Origin: a virus
Length of the DNA: 31,774 nucleotides
IMG/VR virus record: IMGVR_UViG_3300023196_000284
Coordinates: 1-31,774 of that record
Strand: one strand, 5' to 3'
The translations under genes and the position numbers were made by a program. The notes beneath the pieces were generated by a model that was not told the DNA's origin, did no database searches, and worked only from the letters and a program-made list of their open reading frames with translations. Below are positions 23,417 through 29,260 of this stretch, piece after piece; position 1 is the first letter of the stretch, and each line of letters begins with the position of its first letter.

Positions 23417-23475
23417 GAGTGAAGTATAGCAAACTAAACAGACTTGTTCAATTTATTTACTAGGTACTTTCCCTA
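23417..23475 (-). promoter_or_regulatory. Promoter P1: TTGAAC-17-TGCTATACT with an upstream TAGG-N7-CCTA dyad
   Basis: -35 at 23446-23451, -10 at 23423-23428, dyad at 23461-23475. About 60 nt is homologous to P2 at 27152-27210. Confidence 0.6.
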
Positions 23476-23805
23476 CTCTGTAGTTTTTACGCCAAGTCTT
23501 TCACTTGCTTGCTCACTTCTCCAAATGTCAGCTTTCATCTGGGCAGCAGTCAGCATCCATTTAAGGGTTTCTTCCTTCTCGATTGCCACCATAAGCCCTC
23601 TGAGTAAATCAGCATACTCAATGTGAGCATAGGCTTCACGCTCTTGAGCCGCCGCGCTTTCAAAGCCGATTTCCATTGCGTCTTTCATTAACAGGGCTTT
23701 TTTGCTTTTTCTAAATTCTTCTAGATAAATTCGTTCACTTTTGGCCTGTGCATACAGGGGTGCGTTTTCCAAAATAAACTCAATGGCTTTATACGGAGCT
23801 TTCAT
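23473..23805 (-). CDS. Hypothetical 110-aa early protein
   Basis: ATGA overlap with the upstream VRR-NUC gene. The conserved-looking segment is AKSERIYLEEFRKSKKALLMK...AAQEREAYAHIEYADLL. Function unknown. Confidence 0.65.
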   Translation of the reverse strand: MKAPYKAIEFILENAPLYAQAKSERIYLEEFRKSKKALLMKDAMEIGFESAAAQEREAYAHIEYADLLRGLMVAIEKEETLKWMLTAAQMKADIWRSEQASERLGVKTTE

Positions 23806-24092
23806 GACATTACCTTTAGCATACGAATGGCCGCTTCCGGCCCATCAACCACGGCAAGAGCGCCGCCATTCCAACGACCATGCCAAGTTACTTGGTCTTC
23901 TGTGAGCTTTCGCGCTGACGGGACTTTGCGCCCATCTTTGATTTCCATGAGCAATGTTTGTCGGTTGAATCCAACGAGCAAATCAGGACATCCATTCCCA
24001 ATCGCAGCTAAAGATTGGACAGTCGCGCCCGCCGCACGAAGCGCACTAACAATTTGCTCTTGATTAGCGTCAATTTTTGCGGCGCGTCTCAT
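23802..24092 (-). CDS. VRR-NUC / PD-(D/E)xK nuclease
   Basis: Pattern: DANQEQIVSALRAAGATV...GCPDLLVG...LLMEIKDG...LTEDQVTWHGRWNG. Confidence 0.75.
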   Translation of the reverse strand: MRRAAKIDANQEQIVSALRAAGATVQSLAAIGNGCPDLLVGFNRQTLLMEIKDGRKVPSARKLTEDQVTWHGRWNGGALAVVDGPEAAIRMLKVMS

Positions 24093-24276
24093 TTGTGAGC
24101 CTGTTCATGCGTTGCCTCAAATCGTCTGCCGCTTCTTGGCCACGGCGTTTCGCAATATCCGCTAGAGTCTTGTGCCACCACGCTAGAGCTTCCCCCTTGC
24201 CGTCTTCCAGTTGTCTTTTGCGATACCGCGCTATCCATTCCCGAGCTTCGCAATTTTTGAAATGTTCCATGTCCAT
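24070..24276 (-). CDS. Hypothetical 68-aa helical protein
   Basis: NCEAREWIARYRK...WWHKTLADIAKRRGQEAADDLRQRMN looks like a conserved small prophage protein. It overlaps the 24089-24379 ORF in another frame and the VRR-NUC start by 23 nt. Confidence 0.5.
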   Translation of the reverse strand: MDMEHFKNCEAREWIARYRKRQLEDGKGEALAWWHKTLADIAKRRGQEAADDLRQRMNRLTNETRRKN

Positions 24277-24379
24277 CTATGTCACCCGTCAATTCAAGCG
24301 CCTTGTTAATTGTGGCCAATGAATATTGCGCCCCTTCACGGATTTCATCTAACAAATTCTGTGCTTGGTAGTAATTCAA
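24089..24379 (-). CDS. ORF with a credible 35-aa N-terminus (NYYQAQNLLDEIREGAQYSLATINKALELTGD) and a dubious Ser/Gly/Arg-rich extension
   Basis: The TTG start at 24379 overlaps the upstream TGA (TTGA). The stop forms ATGA with the VRR-NUC start. The last 60 codons overlap the 68-aa ORF. Confidence 0.4.
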   Translation of the reverse strand: MNYYQAQNLLDEIREGAQYSLATINKALELTGDIDGHGTFQKLRSSGMDSAVSQKTTGRRQGGSSSVVAQDSSGYCETPWPRSGRRFEATHEQAHK

Positions 24380-24609
24380 AACTCATCCCTTTCGTACCAT
24401 TGGGACACCGTGCTTGGCTTTTCTTTCAACAGCACCGCAGGGTCACGCCGCACCGCCTTGTCTTTGCCCCATTGATGCTGTGAGCAACGGGGTTTGTCGC
24501 CTTCTACACGGACGGCCCACAATTTGTCGCACCCGTCTACAGAACAAAAACGCCTGTAGTCATCGTCAATTTTTGGTTTTTCTGCTTGGGGTTTAATAAA
24601 AAAGCTCAT
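24376..24609 (-). CDS. 77-aa Cys/His protein (putative zinc-binding)
   Basis: ATG 24609 forms an ATGA overlap; the track start at 24726 lies inside the upstream gene. Motif: FCSVDGCDKLWAV...PRCSQHQW. Confidence 0.6.
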   Translation of the reverse strand: MSFFIKPQAEKPKIDDDYRRFCSVDGCDKLWAVRVEGDKPRCSQHQWGKDKAVRRDPAVLLKEKPSTVSQWYERDEF

Positions 24610-24794
24610 TTTGTTGCTCCTTTTCGGTTTTGTCTTAAATTTTGTCCTGTGATTTTCTTTTGCCAACATGGTTGACATAGCCATTTTGCGTTTATTGCGA
24701 TTCCACCTTCCGGCGGCTTTTCGCATTCACAATAAAAACAGGCTTTTAGTTGGTGTGTCGGTTGCTTAGAACCAATGTCAATCGGTGGCATCAT
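24606..24794 (-). CDS. 62-aa zinc-ribbon protein
   Basis: CFYCEC...CQPC forms two CxxC-type pairs. ATGA overlap with the upstream gene. Confidence 0.6.
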   Translation of the reverse strand: MMPPIDIGSKQPTHQLKACFYCECEKPPEGGIAINAKWLCQPCWQKKITGQNLRQNRKGATK

Positions 24795-25501
24795 GCTTGT
24801 CCCCTTTGAATTACATAATCATGAAACACAATGCCTTTGGTTATGTCACCAACTTTGTGTGCTTTAACCCAACAAGTTTTACCCGTTTTAAGACGCCTTA
24901 AATGACCCCTGCGCTCGTGTAATCTAGGGCTTGCGTGTGTACCCCCTTGATGTTCATTTTTTGGCGTAGCAGGTTCAACAATTACCGTAGTCCAATCGTA
25001 AGTAGGCATTTTGCCTTCTTTAATTTTTCGTTGATTTGTAAATGTAGATTTTGTAAAAGGTTGATGCGCTTGTATTGATTGCGTTAACGATTCAAGCCAA
25101 ATACCGCAAAAAGAAAGCATTGTTTCTGCCATTTCTTTAGATATTTCTTTGCCATCGTCTATTGGCCCGTAACGCAACATATTGCCATCAACCAAATAAA
25201 CCATAGGCGGAAATTTAGTTGGCATACGCCCTGTTACACCTTTCCATGTAGATACCACAATGCCTTCTTCAGGGTTAGTACCAACCACCATAAAAATAGT
25301 GTCATAAGACGCATAAGTTTTGGTTTTACCGCGCCAAACCACAATGTTTTTTTCAAACGGCGGGCGGTACTTCATCAATGGTTCGGTAACGGCATGGCTT
25401 CTATCGTCAACATAACCCGACAAATCAAACCATTGCATTTCAGTAGGGTCTAAGCCGCCATCAAAAGCCATTTTTATGGTTTCACGAATTAACGGTGTCA
25501 T
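24791..25501 (-). CDS. Hypothetical 236-aa early protein
   Basis: ATGA overlap upstream. The C-terminal segment is basic: GGTHASPRLHERRGHLRRLKTGKTCWVKAHKVGD. No assignable fold. Confidence 0.65.
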   Translation of the reverse strand: MTPLIRETIKMAFDGGLDPTEMQWFDLSGYVDDRSHAVTEPLMKYRPPFEKNIVVWRGKTKTYASYDTIFMVVGTNPEEGIVVSTWKGVTGRMPTKFPPMVYLVDGNMLRYGPIDDGKEISKEMAETMLSFCGIWLESLTQSIQAHQPFTKSTFTNQRKIKEGKMPTYDWTTVIVEPATPKNEHQGGTHASPRLHERRGHLRRLKTGKTCWVKAHKVGDITKGIVFHDYVIQRGQA

Positions 25502-25722
25502 GCTTGTCCCCTTGCTCGGATGGCGTTAGCCGCTTCACAAGCAAACTTGTGCCAATCGTACGAAGGGTTTGATTCAACAATCTTTGCACACGCCTCACGC
25601 TCATGCTGTGCTATTAGCTTGGCAAAAGCTATCAATTTTTCTCTGTTAGTTTTAATTTCGCTTATTGGTAAATAATTTAATTCAGCGCGTCTAGCCATTT
25701 CAATAATTTCATCTTGCGTCAT
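25498..25722 (-). CDS. Hypothetical 74-aa early protein
   Basis: ATGA overlaps on both sides. It ends in AIRARGQA, a C-terminus common in small proteobacterial phage proteins, as I recall. Confidence 0.65.
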   Translation of the reverse strand: MTQDEIIEMARRAELNYLPISEIKTNREKLIAFAKLIAQHEREACAKIVESNPSYDWHKFACEAANAIRARGQA

Positions 25723-26480
25723 TTTGCGTATTTCCCGTCAATGATTTTTGCAAAGTTGTTGGCGTTAATAATCCATTCAAGGTCAGGCTTCCATGTTCGC
25801 CCGTTGGTTTCAAAGCCGCTTGCTAGGGTTGTATCGTTGGCAATGTAACCAAAGAAAGCGTCCCACCATTTAAGCCCTTCACCGCCCGTTCTGTAGCCCT
25901 CAGGACTGTATGCGGATGGTCGCGCCGCTTGCTTCCATCGTTGCCGCATAAATGTCTGCCGGTTACCCTCCCATGAACGGGGCTGTGTCAAATGCGGTAA
26001 ATGTTTTTTCCAAAGGGCCAAAATTTCCTTATGCGGACAAGGTGGAAACCCTGTTTCACCGGAAGATGCGTCAGCATCTATAAATAATGGTTCTTGGTTA
26101 TTGGTTATTGGTTCTTGGTTAGGGTTATTTGTGGGTTGCGTTTGGGTTTCCAGTAGCTTTTTAGGTCTACCGCCCAACTTGCCAATTTCCCTGTTTCGTT
26201 CTGCTTTAGCTTGGTAAGCCGTGATGGTTGCATCACATCTGCTGTGCCGCCATGTCGCTGTAGGTTCGTCCCATGTAAAAAATTCCTGTAGTACAGCAAT
26301 CACACAATGTTCGTGCATTGGCATCCGGATTTTGCGGGATACGCTTTGCGTGTTCAAGGGAATAGCTTGCTCTGTCGTGTAGTACAAGTCTAAAAGCCGC
26401 CGGTAGGCTATGTCTTCTTCAATGGTTAGGTGTGCCGTGTCAGCAATGTAATCGCTAACATGGAATGGGTAGTGGTACAT
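25719..26480 (-). CDS. Replication protein, DUF1376 (YdaU-like) N-domain plus a phage replication-protein-type C-domain
   Basis: The N-terminus is YHYPFHVSDYIADTAHLTIEEDIAYRRLLDLYY. The C-terminus is CPHKEILALWKKHLPHL...WWDAFFGYI...DLEWIINANNFAKIIDGKY. The linker is repetitive. Confidence 0.7.
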   Translation of the reverse strand: MYHYPFHVSDYIADTAHLTIEEDIAYRRLLDLYYTTEQAIPLNTQSVSRKIRMPMHEHCVIAVLQEFFTWDEPTATWRHSRCDATITAYQAKAERNREIGKLGGRPKKLLETQTQPTNNPNQEPITNNQEPLFIDADASSGETGFPPCPHKEILALWKKHLPHLTQPRSWEGNRQTFMRQRWKQAARPSAYSPEGYRTGGEGLKWWDAFFGYIANDTTLASGFETNGRTWKPDLEWIINANNFAKIIDGKYAK

Positions 26481-26508
26481 CTGTTTTGTTAACCTTTTTC
26501 AAGCACCT

Positions 26509-26570
26509 TTAAAAAGAAACAATGGCAGGGGAAGGTGTAACCCTTTTCAGCAGGGTAGCAACTCCCCGCC
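26509..26570 (-). terminator. Long hairpin plus U-rich tract (attenuator or terminator candidate) between the winged-helix gene and the replication gene
   Basis: The minus-strand outer stem is GGCGGGGA/UCCCC(U)GCC with one bulge, and the inner stem is UACCC/GGGUA. It is followed by AUUGUUUCUUUUU. Confidence 0.45.
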
Positions 26571-26593
26571 TAGCCGTGTTTCAAAACATTGTA

Positions 26594-26968
26594 CTATATT
26601 TTCTGATTATTTGTGATACCAGAAGTAAAGTATGGATTGCCCTTGTAGAACTGGTTAGCCTGTTGCTTCATTACTCGGTACTCAGTCGATGTAAAGATAC
26701 CCTTGGCATTACGAATGTCAAATGGGTTTAGCTTGTTGTAAGGCTCATCGTTAGCGGCTTTAGTAGCCTCAATCATGCGAGGCTCTAAGGTGTACTTGCA
26801 GACCCAAGAACGTCCAATCTTGATTTTCTCGTATGTAAGTTCTTTCTTGTTAAACATCTTTTTGCAAGCAGCCACGATTGAAGTGCGAGGGATACCAGTT
26901 AGGTTTTCCATCTCTTGTGCTGTAAGTGAGCCATTCTGCAAAGCCCGAATAATTACTTGTTGTGTCAT
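26594..26968 (-). CDS. Winged-helix DNA-binding protein (124 aa)
   Basis: ATG 26968 forms ATGA with the Cro-like stop; the track start at 26977 is GTG. wHTH-like segment: IIRALQNGSLTAQEMENLTGIPRTSIVAACKKMFNKKELTYEKI. Confidence 0.6.
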   Translation of the reverse strand: MTQQVIIRALQNGSLTAQEMENLTGIPRTSIVAACKKMFNKKELTYEKIKIGRSWVCKYTLEPRMIEATKAANDEPYNKLNPFDIRNAKGIFTSTEYRVMKQQANQFYKGNPYFTSGITNNQKI

Positions 26969-27117
26969 TTGAACCACTCTGGTCTGAGTTCTTTTAGTTG
27001 ATAAATGCGTAGTTTAGGGATTGTCTTCCAATGAAAGACAGCAGCCCTAGTTATGCCGAGGATTCTGGCAAGCTCACTCTGTGAGCCAGCAAGTGTGATA
27101 GCAGTTTGTTTTTCCAT
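26965..27117 (-). CDS. Cro / YdaS-like HTH regulator (50 aa), not in the ORF track
   Basis: My translation is MEKQTAITLAGSQSELARILGITRAAVFHWKTIPKLRIYQLKELRPEWFK. It is the first gene of the leftward operon. Confidence 0.75.
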   Translation of the reverse strand: MEKQTAITLAGSQSELARILGITRAAVFHWKTIPKLRIYQLKELRPEWFK

Positions 27118-27123
27118 CTTTCC

Positions 27124-27132
27124 AGTATAGCA
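27124..27132 (-). promoter_or_regulatory. Leftward early promoter candidate, extended -10 TGCTATACT only 6 nt from the Cro-like ATG
   Basis: The minus strand reads TTTGCTATACTGGAAAGATGG, the same TTTGCTATACT string as P1. The -35 is weak (GTGTTG at 27147-27152). Confidence 0.45.
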
Positions 27133-27151
27133 AAGTTAACAATAAACAACA

Positions 27152-27210
27152 CTAGGGAAAATACCTAGAAAATAATTGTTGACCTATCTGTTTAGTTTGA
27201 TATACTTCAC
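27152..27210 (+). promoter_or_regulatory. Promoter P2: TTGACC-16-TGATATACT with an upstream CTAGG-N7-CCTAG dyad
   Basis: -35 at 27179-27184, -10 at 27201-27206, dyad at 27152-27168. It drives the rightward operon, whose ATG is at 27254. Confidence 0.65.
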
Positions 27211-27253
27211 TTAACCCGCAACAATTCGTAAGCGGGCAATTAAGGAAAAGCAA

Positions 27254-27487
27254 ATGGCGACTATATTTGAACGTGAAGAACAAGCAGAAATTGCTTATCG
27301 CACAGCTAAACAGGCTTATCACATAGCCTTCAACAATGGTGTTGACATTGGTTATGACGCTGTTCACGCAGCCAAATCAATTCTTTGCGCTATTCGTGAC
27401 CAGATTCACGCAAGAGACTATGAAGGTCAACGCATGGCTAAATACGATGCAATTGAACGTAATAGCTTAATGTTAGATGACGCATAA
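27254..27487 (+). CDS. Hypothetical 77-aa early protein
   Basis: AAGGAAAAGCAA precedes the ATG. It is the first rightward gene. No motif. Confidence 0.65.
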   Translation: MATIFEREEQAEIAYRTAKQAYHIAFNNGVDIGYDAVHAAKSILCAIRDQIHARDYEGQRMAKYDAIERNSLMLDDA

Positions 27488-27530
27488 ATCAACAGGGGGC
27501 TTAGTCCCCCAATTAAAGGAGAACCAAATG
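27485..27530 (+). promoter_or_regulatory. Conserved stop-hairpin-SD-start intercistronic module, copy B
   Basis: The sequence is TAAATCAACAGGGGGCTTAGTCCCCCAATTAAAGGAGAACCAAATG. It differs from copy A in the stem only by a compensated A-T to G-C pair. Confidence 0.6.
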
Positions 27531-27620
27531 AAAAGTAAAATTATTCAGACGCTAGTTGAGTATGTGTTAGCCATCGTTATCTTTGGCGGCATTGGTGTAT
27601 TACTAGCTTGGAGAGGTTAA
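27528..27620 (+). CDS. 30-aa TM peptide (MKSKIIQTLVEYVLAIVIFGGIGVLLAWRG), not in the ORF track
   Basis: A strong SD (AAAGGAG) lies 7 nt upstream. It fills the gap between annotated ORFs. Confidence 0.6.
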   Translation: MKSKIIQTLVEYVLAIVIFGGIGVLLAWRG

Positions 27621-27622
27621 CC

Positions 27623-27808
27623 ATGATTGACCAACTAAAAGATTACTTCCGCTTGCCATCAGCCAAAGAACTGGCGGCTAAAGAACTTGAAATGGCACAA
27701 CGCAAGCTATTAGAGGCACTCAGCGCACAGGAATATGCCAAGCGCATGGGTGACTATCACGCAGACAGAATTAAACGTCTAACGGCTTATTTAAAGGAAG
27801 AAGCATGA
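27623..27808 (+). CDS. 61-aa coiled-coil protein
   Basis: ATG 27623 is preceded by GGAGAGG. The track start at 27608 is TTG, inside the peptide ORF. Confidence 0.65.
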   Translation: MIDQLKDYFRLPSAKELAAKELEMAQRKLLEALSAQEYAKRMGDYHADRIKRLTAYLKEEA

Positions 27809-27981
27809 CGAGAGAAGATGTAATCAAAGATTTGTCGCATGACGATTACTGCTGTTACTGCGCTGAAACTAAGGGTAGCAAATACACCTGCTGCCATGAA
27901 AACCACTTCGTACCTTTCGAGGATTTATACGAGGAAGACAAAGAAGCAATGATTCAAGAATATTTAAGTGAAGGAAAATGA
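27805..27981 (+). CDS. 58-aa Cys-rich protein (not in the ORF track)
   Basis: My translation is MTREDVIKDLSHDDYCCYCAETKGSKYTCCHENHFVPFEDLYEEDKEAMIQEYLSEGK. ATGA overlap with the upstream gene; AAGGAAG SD. Confidence 0.65.
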   Translation: MTREDVIKDLSHDDYCCYCAETKGSKYTCCHENHFVPFEDLYEEDKEAMIQEYLSEGK

Positions 27982-27982
27982 A

Positions 27983-28585
27983 ATGGTACATTTAAAGTTA
28001 ATGCGTTCAAGATTGATGTTGCAAGATAAACAACTCAAAAAATCAGGTCACAATAAGTTTGCTGGTTACAGCTACTTTGAACTTGGTGACTTTATCCCCA
28101 CGATTAACCAAATCTTTAATGAAGTTGGTTTGTGTGGCGTAGTGTCTTACGATACAGAGATAGCAAGTCTTACTATCACAGATACGGACGATAACACTAG
28201 CATTGTTATCACATCACCAATGGCAGAGGCTAACCTTAAAGGTTGCCATCCAATTCAGAACCTTGGTGCAGTCGAAACGTACACCAGACGCTACCTGTGG
28301 GTTACAGCAATGGAGATTGTTGAGCATGATGCTTTGGATTCCTCTGCGCCACTTAAAGAGCAAGTAATCATCACGCCAGCACAAGGCATACGAGATGAGT
28401 TACCTATTGAAATACTAAAGTATCTTGACGAGTTAGCAGTTGAATTGATTGCTACTTGTGAGAAAGACCCCAAGGCAGCTTGGGTAAGGTTGGAACAAGA
28501 AAACCTAGAGGCTGACCAGAAGGTAGCTTTATGGGGCTTGATGCCAAGTAATGTAAGAAGTGCAATTAAGAAAGCGAAAGGTTAA
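27983..28585 (+). CDS. ERF-family single-strand annealing protein
   Basis: NKFAGYSYFELGDFIPTINQIFNEVGL and LGAVETYTRRYLWVTAMEIVEHD fit the ERF pattern. I prefer the ATG at 27983 (AAGGAA SD) over the track GTG at 27968. Confidence 0.7.
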   Translation: MVHLKLMRSRLMLQDKQLKKSGHNKFAGYSYFELGDFIPTINQIFNEVGLCGVVSYDTEIASLTITDTDDNTSIVITSPMAEANLKGCHPIQNLGAVETYTRRYLWVTAMEIVEHDALDSSAPLKEQVIITPAQGIRDELPIEILKYLDELAVELIATCEKDPKAAWVRLEQENLEADQKVALWGLMPSNVRSAIKKAKG

Positions 28586-28586
28586 T

Positions 28587-28829
28587 ATGGAATACGACAA
28601 TACAAACCGAGGAAGTTTGTTTAAGAACGACAGGAAAGACGATGCCAAGTTTCCTGACTACAAAGGTAGTTTAAATGTAGATGGTGTGGAATTCTGGCTA
28701 TCTGCTTGGATTAAGATTAGCAAGGATGGACAGAAATTTATGTCTCTGTCTATCAAGAATAAGAACGCTGATGCTTCTTTGAATAAACCCAGTAAAAATG
28801 TTGTACATGAGGATGATGTACCATTCTGA
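28587..28829 (+). CDS. Small SSB-like / DUF736-like protein with an SSB-type acidic C-terminal tip
   Basis: 80 aa from ATG 28587. Pattern: NRGSLFKNDRKDDAKFPDYKGSLNVDGVEFWLSAWIKISKDGQKFMSLSI. It ends in HEDDVPF (compare the bacterial SSB DDDIPF). Confidence 0.6.
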   Translation: MEYDNTNRGSLFKNDRKDDAKFPDYKGSLNVDGVEFWLSAWIKISKDGQKFMSLSIKNKNADASLNKPSKNVVHEDDVPF

Positions 28830-28877
28830 TTACGAGGGGAAAGTTGTGCAAAGGCTTATCCAGCTTGCGGACGAGCA

Positions 28878-29258
28878 ATGAGTACCCTCACCACTATGAG
28901 AAATCAGTATGCAACTCATACTGACTTCCGTGATTTCCAAGGTTTGATTCCCGAAAATACGCATTTTTTGCCTAGTAACATAGACATGATTTGCGAAAGA
29001 AGGGGACACTTCCTAATCGGAGAGTGGAAAAAACCTAATGAAAATATGGCTACTGGTCAGCAATTGCTACTCAAGGCTTTTGCTCAAGTTCCTAAATTTA
29101 CTGTGTTAGTCATTATTGGTAACACAGACAACAAACAAACTGAAGTTGGAGATGTGTTCCAAGTTGTTCTAGGTAAGTGCGTCAAGATAGGAGAAGGTCT
29201 TGATTACCTAAAAGACTTCTACGTTATGTGGTACGAATTTGCAAACTCGAAAGGATAG
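28878..29258 (+). CDS. PD-(D/E)xK-like protein (VRR-NUC-like motif)
   Basis: NIDMICERRGHFLIGEWKK...TGQQLLLKAF gives a D...ExK...Q pattern. 126 aa. Confidence 0.45.
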   Translation: MSTLTTMRNQYATHTDFRDFQGLIPENTHFLPSNIDMICERRGHFLIGEWKKPNENMATGQQLLLKAFAQVPKFTVLVIIGNTDNKQTEVGDVFQVVLGKCVKIGEGLDYLKDFYVMWYEFANSKG

Positions 29259-29260
29259 AA

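Noticed and set aside
26481-26593. A tRNA or small structured ncRNA in the largest early intergenic gap.
   Set aside because: Only a single compound hairpin followed by a U-tract is present, with no cloverleaf arms or conserved T/D-loop boxes. It is better explained as a terminator or attenuator.
26965-27117. A YdaS/YdaT-type toxin-antitoxin pair formed by the Cro-like gene and the downstream 124-aa gene.
   Set aside because: The downstream protein looks like a winged-helix DNA binder and does not resemble YdaT as I remember it. The pair sits at the head of the early operon, like ordinary phage regulators.
26594-27253. A lysogeny switch or temperate lifestyle, because of the Cro-like HTH and the divergent promoters.
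   Set aside because: The closed genome has no integrase, excisionase, CI-like repressor or partition genes. The divergent partner operon encodes recombination proteins, not a repressor.
27152-27367. The 71-aa minus-strand ORF across the control region, and the 69-aa plus-strand ORF at 26522-26731.
   Set aside because: They cover promoter or hairpin DNA, or lie antisense to better-supported genes. Their composition is Cys/Phe/Leu-rich and unprotein-like, and they have no SD.
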